A DNA stretch of 63,750 nt, the filler included, from Octopus bimaculoides (taxonomy: Eukaryota), in assembly GCF_001194135.2 (NCBI RefSeq). It is 4 parts of 4 records of this genome, joined end to end, with 100 filler letters (N's around TTAATTAATTAA, not from the genome) between each part and the next. Parts side by side here need not be neighbours in the genome. Positions count along the whole stretch, not along the records: positions 1 to 20,375 come from NC_068983.1; 3 more parts are not named here. One strand, 5' to 3'. The notes under the pieces are model-generated. The model did not search any database. It was not told where the DNA came from and saw nothing but the letters and a program-made list of their open reading frames with translations. This document shows, one piece after another, positions 1 through 12,300 of this stretch (position 1 is the stretch's first letter; the number at the start of each line of letters is the position of its first letter). A program made the translations under genes and the position numbers.

Positions 1-14
1 CTTACACAGTCTGA

Positions 15-640
15 CTACCTGATGTACCTATAACTTAGATTGATCATGGTGTCTGATGTGGTTTTTAAACCAGACAATGTATTGAAAAGATACCTACATA
101 GATTGCATATCCAATTTGGACCACCAAGAGCTGCAGTTAAGTTCTGATCTTTGTGCATCTTAAAATATTTTTTGAGGCCTCCATTATAATTGCAGAACTT
201 ATGGCATATAGAGCATTGAAAGGTGTGCACAGATATATAGGCAGAATAGTTGGTGGAAGTTTGTTTTTCATGGGCCCTCAAATGAGATTTGAACCCAGCA
301 AAAGAAAGGCATGGTTTGTCACAAACTGTGCACACAAAACGGTCACTGAGATTCATCTCAATCACAACATTCTTCCTTAAATCTCTCAAGTTTTGCATGT
401 GTTATCCTGGCCTCCTCAAAGACTTTCATTCTACTCCACACTTCTGTTCACCATCCAGCTCAATCCAAAGCAAAGGTTTTTATGACCTTTGGATCCATTT
501 CAAGTGACTTCATGGTAGTCCTTAAACCTCTTTTTAGGTTTATATCGATTGTGTTTCCCATCAGCAAGCTCGCCATAAAACAACTGTTTGGGTGTGCATT
601 CATCTGCAATTTGAACAATATGGCCAGATCATCTCATTTG
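15..640 (-). mobile_element. RTE-clade LINE, 3' part of ORF with C-terminal C2H2 zinc fingers (degenerate)
   Basis: Minus translation from 640 reads QMR*SGHIVQIADECTPKQLFYGELADGKHNRYKPKKRFKD, the typical RTE post-RT region. It is followed by CTVCDKPCLSFAGFKSHLRAH and two further, degenerate fingers. Confidence 0.85.
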
Positions 641-1127
641 ACAGAGTTTGTGATGATTTTGGCTTGACCATCAACTTGCAAAAAACACTTGTAATGTTTC
701 AACCTGCATGTAGTGCTGTGTGCAACTCCACTAAAATTTTTGTCATGGGTAAGTTACTTGAGGTTGTTCACTCTTTCATTTTCCTTGGAAGCTCTGCACA
801 AAATGATAGGAATCTGGACACAGAAATACATCTGCAAATTCAAAGGGCAGTACAAGCATCTGGTGGTCTGGAGTCATGCGTCTGGTGCCAATGACATAAA
901 TAGCAACACAAAATAGGCTCTTTACAAATCGTTTGTCTTACCATCTCTGTTGTATTCATCTGAAACATAGATGTATTATGAAAGACATTTAAAATTGTTA
1001 GAACGATTCCATCAAAAATGCCTTCGTTACATTTTAAACATTAAATGGGGCTTTTTTAATCCAGACACAGATGTCTTTGCATCTGCAGGCATCACTTCAA
1101 TTAAATCAATCATTCTGAAAAATCAAA
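637..1127 (+). mobile_element. Inverted upstream RT segment of the same RTE LINE copy
   Basis: Plus translation FDRVCDDFGLTINLQKT...YKSFVLPSLLYSSET...LERFHQKCLRYILNIKW...SIKSIILKNQ. Its last codons join in frame to the start of the minus-strand segment at 640. Confidence 0.85.
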
Positions 1128-2924
1128 CGTGTGTGTGTGTGCGTGATGATATATATATATATATATATGGGAGAATATACAAATAATAACAACAGACGAG
1201 GACAGGTGGTGTAAATAACAAAAGTATATAAAACAAATGATGGATGGGTGTCAATTCATTACAACTGTGAATTAGAAAAGGGGGTTATTATAACACCTTT
1301 TTTTCTACTTTAATTTTCTATTTTAATATCTCTCTTACTATTATCTCTTTGCTTTCATATAATAATGTTATGGTACACTATTATTGGTATTCTTCCTTAC
1401 CTATCTATGAATACCATCCTCATTTCCCCCCCTTTTTCCCCTCTCTACCCTATTGTAGAAGTTTGGCATTTATGTCTCCATCAAACATACTCTTAGAAAT
1501 AAAGCTGGCATGTAAGGGATCTATTTATAGATATATTTATAAATCATTGTGAATCTTATCTTTCACCTTTAATTCTGAATTTCAAGTCGAATTGTACCCC
1601 TTTCTTCATTGTGGAGAGATGTTCAGCTGTCCATCCTCCCACCATCACCAAGCAGACTAACCCCTTTCAAGACTGTAATTCTTAGATATACCTCTCCCAC
1701 ATATGTTGCAGTGATGTCCCCACCTACAAAACTAGTTGAATTTGTTTTGTTTTGATTTCGCAAACTCATTCTGCAACCAGTATTGATGGTAGAATCACTA
1801 AATATGCACATGCCAAGAATTAAAAATTCTTTTAAATATCCTTAATAGTATACTTTGTGCATTCATCTGAAGAAAACAGTTCTTTATAATGATGGAATGT
1901 ACTCATTAATCAATTAAACAATTTGTTGGAAACAGGTGTAATGAATTGACACTTATCCATTGTTTGTTATACATTTATTTATGATTCACCTCTCTCGGAA
2001 CCTGCCCCTTGTGAGTTCTGAAGTATATTATTGACCATATATTTAATGCAACGTGCGTTTCTGAATTAACCCAAGGGCTGATGATATATTCGGTTAGTTT
2101 CAATTAACTGTATACATAACCTGAATATCTTTCTGTACCAATGCTGGAAGTTATCTATAACTACTGTGTATGCATTTTAATTCTGACCCCACTTGGTTCC
2201 TTATCATTCAAGTACCTTATTCATATATATATATGTAAATATTTTTAAAAACTTAGGGAATACTAATTATTCCAGGTTATCAGGATATTTACTATTTTAC
2301 ACTTTACTAATGCGAAGTAAACGGTATCAATTATAATATTATTACAAATTTGGGATTTTACCAATAGGACCACAACTTCGATTTCAGGACAACTTTATTT
2401 TCTGGAGTACACATAGAAAGTTATATCCAAAATACTAATCTAATAATATAATCTTTTTAAAGCCTACTATATTGTACAATAAAATAAAGTACATTAGGTG
2501 GTTTGTTTTACCAGGCTATACCTAATACATAAATCCACCAGTGCGTCCTCAGGCTATTTTTCTTTTTATTATTATTATTGTTAACAGATCCAACTTAATC
2601 ATACAAATTCTAAGATATCTTCATTAAAAATAAGAATAAAAATAAAAATATCTATATATATAACTTCCCAATATACTTTTACAAAATTTAAAAGATTTTA
2701 AAAATTAAAAAATTAAAAAAATTTTTAAATTCATAAAAAATTTAATAAACTTAAACACCTAAATATATAATAACGATATATATATACAGAAAGTGCTAAA
2801 CATAAAGAAACCCTCATCGACTATTTTATAACCACGTCAAATTAAACTGCCTATCTATATAAACTTTACGGGAACTAATAATTTATTGTGAAATTTACCC
2901 CTAGCAATACTAGTATATATTACC

Positions 2925-3377
2925 ATTATAAGAGGTGCAGCAATATCAAAGGCAAGTTAACTAGGAAGTTAGTTTTTGTTTGTGGCAGATGTTCAGGTGC
3001 AATAAAGACTGTAAACAAACAGGAAACAACTTCTATCTCATTCCAGGGTGAAAAACTAGAGGTAGTCGATAGCTTCCACTATCTGGGTAACCAAGTTAAT
3101 AGTAGGGGTGGGTGCGCTGAAAGTGTAGCTGCTAGAATAAGAATAGCCTGGACAAAGTTTAGAGAGCTCTTACCTCTGCTGGCGACAAAGGGACTCTCAC
3201 TCAGAGTAAAAGGCAGACTGTATGACGCATGTGTACGAACAGCCATGCTACATGGCAGTGAAACATGGGCTGTAACTGCTGAGGACATGCGTAAGCTCGC
3301 AAGGAATGAAGCCAGTATGCTCCGATGGATGTGTAATGTCAATGTGAATACCCGTCAGAGTGTAAGTATCTTACAGT
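2925..3377 (+). mobile_element. RTE-clade LINE fragment (family with PHD-like insert), RT C-terminal region
   Basis: KRCSNIKGKL..FVCGRC...KLEVVDSFHYLG...LYDACVRTAMLHGSETW; homologous to the copies at 6.4-8.0, 13.8-16.5 and 18.1-20.2 kb. Confidence 0.9.
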
Positions 3378-3516
3378 GACATTCTTACACCATCTGATGG
3401 CATCACTAGGCACTATATGGGTATGACAGTCAATTTTGAAATAGCATTTTCCAATAGTAGAAACCTAGCACAAATAATTATGCTAGGTAGATAGCAACTC
3501 CAGAATTAACGAAATT

Positions 3517-5630
3517 ATGATGGACTTAAACTCGGTAGATAAAACAGAACCCATGAAGCCAAATGAACCTAGGAATAACCTCAAGAACCACAAAAAGAAC
3601 TTTCATGAGAACCTCTCTGTTAGACTTATTTGCCCAACTAAATCTGATATTGGTCGGCTTAGCAAATCCATTCTGGATATGGTCTTATCATTCATAATTC
3701 CTAAATTATCCCTTAAATTATGGTGTAATACTGACGAAGTAATATACTGGTTCACATATACTGAAAATGTAAGTAAATACTCATTTATACAGTTTGATAT
3801 CAACAGTTATTATTCTAGCATCTTCCCTATTCTCTTAAATAAGTCCCTGATTTTTGCTAAAGGCTTCTCTCTTATAACCAGGGATAAAATAGATATTATT
3901 ATCTTTGCTAGGAAAACTATTATAGAATTTGAAGATAGGCTATGGACAAGGTATGACACCCCTGATAATTTTGATAGCGCCATGGGTTCAAGTGACTCAG
4001 CCCAAGTTACTGATTTGGTTGGGGCATACCTCCAAAAGTGTCTTAGTAGTGAACTCATTGAACTACAGAGTGGTCTTTATAGAGCTGATGTATTATTCAT
4101 TATACCTAGTAATAGTAAGACTGTCATAGAAAGAATGAGGAAGAAAATCAGAAAATTCTTCAAAAGCTTTAATCAAGGGCTCACTTTTGAATAAGATACG
4201 AAGGTAATTAACTTCTTAGATGTTTCACTAAATCTTAACCCTTGTTTGTATTACCCCTATTGAAAACCAGATGAGGTTACTAAGTATGTGAACGTATCCT
4301 CTAATCATCCCCCAAATGTATTAAAATCATTAGTAAAAGGAAATTCATGGAGAATTACACAATTATCAGCTAATATTGATATACTTAATTCACACTCCCA
4401 CTACTATAACTTTGCTCTATCGAAGGTGGGATACAATCAGGAGATTGCATTCCTTAATTCAATTTCCTCAGAAAGTTTGATATCAGCTAAACACAATAAA
4501 GAAAATGAAAATGTGAAAAATGATAATAGTTCATCTGATCTAGCATATAGATCTACTAGAATTGTCCATAATATTCCTATTAAGATAAAGAATAAGATGC
4601 ATAACAATAATAAAATAGAAACTAAGAACAGTAAAATGTCTAGCATGTATAATAATAACAATGATAAGAATGAGAAGAATGGAGCCAATTCTAATAATGA
4701 CATAAATACCGATAATGCTAATATAATTAATAATCTAACTAGAGGTTTGGGAAATAACAGGTCTGATAGGATCCATTTTCATAAACATAGGAATACTAAG
4801 AATAATGACCTGGTCTGGCATAACCTTCCTTTCAATTGTACAATCTCTACTAGTATATATAATAAATTTAGGGAAATTTTGGAGAAAAACTTCCCAGTAT
4901 AGCAAACACTTCTCCTGTAGGAGAGTCAGAGTCTCATATCCCAGCCTTCTTAATCTAGGTACGATTATAACCAACTTGAATAGAAAAAATATAAACTTAG
5001 CCTGTGGGATTGATAATGATAATGGTAATAGTGGATTAACACCTAATAATAATAAGTATGAAGGAATCAATAATATCATGGATAATACTGAGGACCTACT
5101 CTCAGCTAGCAACAATACAGTCAGCATAGCTCACAGAGCCAATAGACCGCAGACGAAAATACCAAGTATCCCAAATGCAACCATTACTGGTTGATGGTAT
5201 AACATCTAATGATATAATCCAAGGCAGGACTTATATAAATATAACTAATAATACCTATTATAATAACTCAAATAATGGTGACATAACACTTGATAATTCC
5301 TCTATGAATTTGAGCGGTACCTCAAATGATGACACTATAAATGTTAATGACAGGGTAAGCAATGCTAATAATAATAACCGCAGTTGCAATTGTAAGGAAA
5401 GATCCCAATGCCCATTATTGGGTCAGTGTTTAGCAGGAAATGCCATCTATAAATCTACAGTAATAAAAGAAAGTAATAACTTCATTTACATCGGGTGTTC
5501 TGTAAGTATGAAAAAATGTTTGAATAACCATTTTTCATCCTTTAGACTCAGGCATAAAGCCAGCAGTACCTCATTATCTACGAAAATCTGGGAACTCAAA
5601 GATAGTAATAGTAAATTCAGCCTAAAATAA
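3517..5630 (+). mobile_element. Penelope-like element (RT plus GIY-YIG endonuclease), inactivated
   Basis: RLICPTKSDIGRLSK, FIQFDINSYY, AMGSSDSAQVTDLVG, LYRADVL (catalytic DD lost), INFLDVSL, SNHPPNV, VWHNLPF, then CNCKERSQCPLLGQC...YIGCS (GIY-YIG). Contains stops and a frameshift. Confidence 0.9.
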
Positions 5631-5739
5631 CTGGTATGGATGTGGACTGTGTTGTATGGAGATATATGAAATATTTAAATATAGAGATTAAAAAAAAACC
5701 TAATTAATAAAACCTAATTAGATCTTAAAATATCATGTG

Positions 5740-6120
5740 TTCATAGGATTACCGATACCTTTGAATACTTTAGAAGCAGGTAACGATAAGTATATCATAC
5801 TATGATTTGGTAGCATGAGTTATCCGGGGTGTCATACCATTCAAAGCATACCCTCTATTGTCTCAAAATCTATGTAGTATTGCTTTCTAATAACCCTTAA
5901 CCCCTTTGATTTGTAATCTTTCAATAATTATATTATATATTTACCCCTTCAGTATTCTCTTCCCTCATAGTTTAATATGCAAATTTACAATACATTACTA
6001 AATCTTGCACCTTCCCTAAGTATAAGGTATAACCCCTAGGAACTGTTATTATTTTACCTAGATCAGTATATTTGATGTACTTTAGAAATATTTTATAAAC
6101 CCATTTCCATAGGTATCTTT
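5740..6120 (-). mobile_element. Inverted, more diverged Penelope RT fragment
   Basis: ttatccggggtgtcatacc at about 5820-5838 matches the reverse complement of the YDTPDN region (about 3950-3970) of the plus-strand element, with weaker similarity on both sides. Confidence 0.45.
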
Positions 6121-6372
6121 ATTTTTATTTTTTTCAATTAATATTTGATACATATATTTTTATTTTATAGGGTGCCTATAATAACATATCTAAGAATTCT
6201 TTTCGATATACCAATATAATTTATATCATAATTTATAAAATAATCCTTATTTTCATTTGTTATACCTTTTATATCATTCTGTAAAGAAATATTTTATAAA
6301 ATTTTTATATTTTATATTATTAAATTTATGTATTTGTATATATATATGTATCATTATATAAATATTTATATA

Positions 6373-6427
<55 letters not shown>

Positions 6428-6430
<3 letters not shown>

Positions 6431-8035
6431 TCATCATCATCATTATCATCATTTAACATCCGTTGTCCATGTTGGCATGGGTTGGACAGTTTGACCAGGG
6501 CTAGAAGCTGGAAGGCTGCACCAGACTCCAATCTGTTCTGATGTGGTTTCTATGGCTAGATGCAATTCCTAACACCAACCACTCCGAGAGTGTAATGGGA
6601 GCTTTTACATGTCACCGGCATGGGTGTCATTTACGTGACACCAGCATCTGCCATGACTGCAGATTTATTTGGCTTGATGGGCTTCTTCTCAAGCACAGCA
6701 TAATGCCAAATGGACTCAGTCATTGCCTCCGTGAGGCCCAATGCTCAAAGCCCAGCATAATGCCAAAATGGTCTTGTTCCTAGCTTCTTTGAGGCCCAAT
6801 GCTCAAAAGGTGCTTTATGTGCCACCAGCACAGGTGCCATTTGTGTGAAACTGGTATCTACCACATCTGTGATTTTACTTAGTATGATGGGTCTTCTCAA
6901 GCACAACATAATACCAAAGGTCAGTCATTGCCTCTGTGAGGCCCAACATTTGGAAGGAGTTCAACCACTTTGCCTCCGTGAGGCTCAATGCTCAAAAGGT
7001 GCTTTTTATGTGCCACCTCCCTGGGTGTTGGTTACATGACACCAGCATCAACCATGACTGATTTCAATTGGCTTCACAGGTCTTCTCAAGGACAGTATAT
7101 TGTCAAAGGTCTCAATGACTGTGAGGCATAAATTTTGGAGATCATGCTTCACCACCTCATCCCATGTATTCATGGGTCTACACAGTAAGGGATCAGTTCT
7201 TCTTTACACAGCTGTCCTTGTCCATATGTATCACATAACCACACCAGCACATTGATCTCTCTTGCACACCACATTTGATGCCTCTTATGCCCAACTTTTC
7301 TATCAAGATGCTTACACTGTGTCAAACATGCACACTGACACTACACATCCAGTGAAGCATACTGGTTTCATTTCTTTCAAGCCTATGCATGTCCTCAGCA
7401 GTCACAGCCCATGTTTCACTGCCATGTAGTATAGCTGTTTGTACACAGGCAGCATACAATCTGCCTTTCACTCTGAGAGAGAAGCCCTTTGTTGCCAGCA
7501 AAGGCAGGAGCTCTCTAGACTTTGCCCAGCCTAATCTTATTCTCACAGCTATGCTCTTGGAACATCCACCTCCACTACTAACTTGATCACCTAGGTAACG
7601 GAAGCTATCTACTACCTCTAGCTTACCCCCATGGCAGTTGATGGAGTCTATTTTCTGTACATTTTCAGTGTTTATTGTACCTATGCATCTACCACACACA
7701 AAAGCTATTTTTCCCTATTAACCTTCCTCTCATATTACTGCACTTTTTATGTGTTTAAAGCTTACACCGAGTGCATCTTACAGAGTTACTACACCTTTTC
7801 TACAAATCAAGCAGAGCCATCTACCTGGAGGGACTTGTGATTTATCTGCCTTCCTACTTACTAAGACTTTGGTTTTTGCTAGGTTAACTCTAAGGCCCTT
7901 CGATTCTAGACCTTGCTTCCATACCTGGAACTTCTCTAGTTCTGATAGTGATTCAGCTATAGTCATCAGCACAGAGGAGCTCCCAGGGGCAGCCTGTCTT
8001 AAATTCCTCTGTTATTGCCTGTAGGACTATGATGA
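6428..8035 (-). mobile_element. RTE-clade LINE, 5'-truncated, with subrepeated 3' UTR and (TGA)n tail
   Basis: GLRVNLAKTKVL, CLICRKG, CGRC, LHGSETWAVTAED. The 3' UTR starts tttaacatccgttgtccatgttggcatgggttggac next to a (TCA)n run, as in the other copies. Confidence 0.9.
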
Positions 8036-8099
8036 ACAAGAGGGGCCTTAAGACCAATATTTTTACTTTTATGCATTGTTTGTTTTAGATTTTGTTGAG

Positions 8100-8450
8100 T
8101 ACACAGTATAGCAGGGTCAGTTGAGCACCATCTGTGAGAAAAAGAGCACCATGACGTAATTCACTCTGCCACAGATATAGAAACGACATGCTGCACTGCT
8201 TGGCATTCGTGCCAGAAGCTCCAATACAAACATTTCAGAGTGCTTGAGTGTCAATCTGAGGACAGCGCAGATTTGAAAAGGGTTGGATGAGTCTAATGGT
8301 GATTACGAAGGTACGGCAGCTCGGAAAACTCACTGTTATGATTCTGATAAGAATTCCCTAGTCAATCAGACGAGGGACATGGGAGTGTCTGAATTACTTA
8401 TCAGGCAGGTAGTGCATGAAAACATTTGGTATTCCTTATACAAGAGTCTA
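8100..8450 (+). mobile_element. Tc1/mariner-superfamily transposase N-terminal fragment, internally deleted
   Basis: Broken translation KRHAALLGIRARSSNTNISECLSVNLRT...LDESNGDYEGTAARK...RDMGVSELLIRQVVHENI, resembling an HTH DNA-binding region. Confidence 0.6.
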
Positions 8451-8609
8451 CTGAAATGAATTGATAGGGCGGCATGTAACATCCCAAGGTACATCTTTTT
8501 GCTGAAATGAATTGATAGGACCACATATAACATCTCAAAGTACATCTTTTTTTTTTCATTATTTACATTATTTTCATTTGACATATTTGTCCTCAAATTG
8601 TTTGTTGTT

Positions 8610-8655
8610 AACACAACGTTTTGACTGATATACCCTCCAGCCTTCATCAGGTGTC
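8610..8655 (-). ncRNA. Degenerate minimal hammerhead ribozyme in a Penelope-type repeat
   Basis: Minus strand GACAC-CTGATGA-A-GGCTG-loop-CAGTC-AAAA-CGTT-GTGTT. GAAA is mutated to AAAA and stem II has a C>T change, both compatible with CpG decay. Confidence 0.5.
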
Positions 8656-9036
8656 TTGGGGAAATTTCGAACCTAGGTTTGAAATTTAACAACAAACAAG
8701 ATGAGGACAAATATCCGTCAAATGTAAATAATGTACATAATTCCACATCACTTAAATATAGAACAGTATTATCTTTTTTTTCTCTGATGAAATTATTGAG
8801 TATTAATTGAAACGGCTGTAAGAAGCGAAGATAACCAATTTGTTAATAATAAATAATTGTTAACTTCTTTATCTCCATCTTCTTTTCTTCTTTTAACTGG
8901 ATATAAACTATATGCTTAATATATACCCGTTGTTTTAAGGAAATTTCATTCTCCAACAGTACTAGGTATTGAACCAGTATTTCCTTGAATGCAACCATCC
9001 CTTCATGAGGTTAACATATCCTCTAATTAAATTTAT

Positions 9037-9153
9037 ATGATTAATTTATAATTATAAATGAGAGTACATGAAGTACCAGTTTGCTAGAAATAAGAGTCAA
9101 AATCCTCAAATAAGCCACCATCTCACTGAAAAAAACCTAACAGACCAACAGAA
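9037..9153. repeat. Dispersed repeat, copy 1 (about 117 bp)
   Basis: Near-identical to 13007-13123; diverged relatives at about 24905-25045 and 33515-33550. Confidence 0.85.
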
Positions 9154-9368
9154 GTCGGGCAATGAGCAATGAATTTAACTTACCATCTCAGCTGATAGTT
9201 GCAGAATGAAGTAAAAGATATACCTGTATCATGATTTTGAATTCTGGGTTTTCCCTTCGTTCTCCTTAGTAAGTCACACCAAATTCAAATCAGTTTCAGT
9301 TCATAATTTTCAATAAATGAGTAAACATTCAAATGAATATTCACATAGATATTATCATTATTATTATT

Positions 9369-12300
9369 AATGCCTTTGCACAGCTTCTAACACTGGAGAT
9401 GTACTACGGTGTCAGCTGTTCACTACCAGTGAACTAAGGTAATACCCCTTATTTTTCGAGCACCTTTGGGAGTATTCAAGCGGTTCCAAGCAGTGCTGTT
9501 TTCTGCAAGTGCTCCACCCTTATTGCAGCCCCTATTTGTTCCATGTACTTCTCAAGATTTTTACTCAGTGTTCTTAAGGCGCTGACAATTACTGGTACTA
9601 CTACCACCTTTTTCATCGACCACAACTGCTTAACCTCCCAAGCTAACCTGTCATATCTATCGACTTTTCTTTCTTCCTTATTGCATACCTTGTTGTCAGC
9701 CGGGCATGCTATATCTATGATCCAGCATAGTTTGCTTTCTTTCTCAATTAAGACTATGTCTAGCTTCCTATTCTCTATCTCATGATTGCACTGAGTCATA
9801 AAACCCCATAGGATCTTTGCTTTATCCTTTTTGATGATGCCTTCGGGTTTATGTTCGTACCACTATTTTGCTGTCAAGTCCATACTTGTTGCAAAGTGTC
9901 CAATGGACAAGCCTTGCTATATTGTCGTGGCATCTCTTATATTCCTTCTGGGCTAGTGGTGTACATTGACTGGTAATATGCCATACGGTTTCACCATTTT
10001 GTCCACAAATTCTGCACTTATCACTTTCTGATGTGTTGTCTATTCTGTATTTTATGTAATTTGTTCTTAGTGCTTGCTCTTGGGCAGCACAGATTAGAGC
10101 CTCCATTTCCAGTCTTAAATCACTTTTAATCATCTACAGCCATCTTTTTTCTCTGTCTGTCTTACCTTCAACATCCCTGTGAAATTGTCCATGCATTCTT
10201 TTCTTTACCCACCTATTTTCAGTTTCATTCTTTTTCAATTGCTTGTACAGTGCTTTATCTTCACAATCTTTCATCCTACACAAGCCTGACCGTCTTACTT
10301 CTAATAATAGTGGTTCTGTGGCATTTTTTACATACCATGCTATGTTGTTTTCTTCTGCTCTAATGCTGTGTTCACATCCAATAAGTCCTCTTCACCCCAC
10401 CTTTTACTTGGTACATACAGTCTGTCTATGTTACTTTTTGGGTGGACTATCCCATATCTAGTTAGCAACTTCCTTGTCTTTCTGTCTAAACTGTTTAGTT
10501 CATCTACTGTCCATGTGATTACCCCTATTCCATATCTAAGGAGTGAAACTGCCCAGGTGTTGATAGCTTCAGTCTTATTCTGCCTGTTTAATTTCGACTT
10601 AAGGATCAGTCTCAGTCTGCACAAGTACTCCACCTTTCTGTCATTTCTTTCTCCATCAATTTATCCATTTCCAAAATTCCCAAGTACTTATAGCCCGTCT
10701 CTTCTATCTGCTTTATAACCTCCTCCGATGGTATCAATAGCCCATCCATACATTTGATTTTGCCTCTCTTCAAGATAACACACCACACTTTCTCAGTCTG
10801 AACTCCATTCTGATATCAGCATTGAAAGTATACACTGTATCAATGAGGGAACTGACTTGGGATTCATCTTTACCATAAAGTTTGAGGTCATCCATGAATA
10901 ACAAATGGTTGACTTTTTGTTGGCGGCTTTTGAATACATACCTAGCTTTTGCTTTCCTCAGAATCAGTGTTAGTCGTATCAAGCACAGTACAAAGATCAG
11001 TGGGGACAGGCAGTCCTCTTGGAAGATGCCGCTCCTGATTTCTACTGACCATAAACTTCTTCTGTATGCTGTCAGGTCTGTCCTCCAATTCACCATACTT
11101 TTTCCAAGCAATCGCTGAACATTCGATGCAATGCCAAATAGGTTCATACATTCCATAATCCAAGAATGTAGGATCATATCGTATGCCTTACAATAGTCAA
11201 TCCATGACATGGCTAAGTTACTTTTCCTCCTCTTGCAGTCTCTAAGTACAGTTTTGTTTTATCAGGAGTTGATCTTTGGTACCTCTGCACTTATGCTTGC
11301 ATCTCTTCAGCTCATGTGGCAGGACTCCATTTTTTTCCAGATGTTTGTACATTGACTCTGCGAGTATTCCAGTCAATAATTTCCAAATAAGTGGCAAACA
11401 GGATATCGGCTTGTAATTGTCTACAGTATTGCTTTTTTCGATGCTTTTCAAGCACGGCGCTGTCCTACACAATGCCAACCACTCTGGTGTTACTTGGTTG
11501 GCATTTAACAAGGTGTTGAGTTGCACAGCTATTTGTGCATGACATTCATCAAATATTTTGATCCAGTAGCCTTGAATTTCATCTGGTCCCAGAGCCTTCC
11601 AGTTGCTCATTTTTTTGCTGGTTTCCTTCACTTCCTTAATTGAAATGACTAGTTCTGCTTGTTTTGTATAGACTACTATTTGTTTCAGTTCTTGCAACCA
11701 TTCAGCATCATTTTTGTGCTCCTTGTCTTTGCTCCAGATGTCACTCCAAAACCTTTGACTTTCAATGTTATCTGGTATCAACTTTTCATCTGTACACTCT
11801 CCATTTATTTCTTAATAGAATTTCTTCTGATCTATTCTGAATAACCTATTCTGCTGGTAACCCTTCATTCTTTGCTCATATCTTACCATCTTTGCTTTCT
11901 TTGCAACAAGGTGCTGTTTCAGTTCCTCCATTACCACTTTCAGGCCCTTTCTTTCAATATTATACTTCCTTTTCAGTGCCTTGTATTTTTGTTCGCTTTT
12001 AAGGTCCCCTTTCTCTTTTTGGTCTAACACAGAAATGTCTTTCGAGAGCATATCTAACCCTACCTGTGTTCTTCTTTTCCACCATGGATCTTTTCTTTTG
12101 TCACTCCCATTATGTTTCTTTTTCTTGACATCAACACTCACATTTTCTGCTACAACAATACTTGCTGCCTTGATCAAATTATTTGTTTCTGTGATGTTGT
12201 TTGTTCTGATATATTTCAGATTTTCATTGACATTTTTGTTTCTTGGTTCAATTTCCACCAATCAACCTTTTTAAGGTTGAAAATAATGTTGCTATCATTC

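Noticed and set aside
1860-1975. CTGAAGA motif in a repeat related to 1225-1270 (inverted) and 42490-42600
   Set aside because: No GAAA or stem III follows; treated as a decayed dispersed repeat only.
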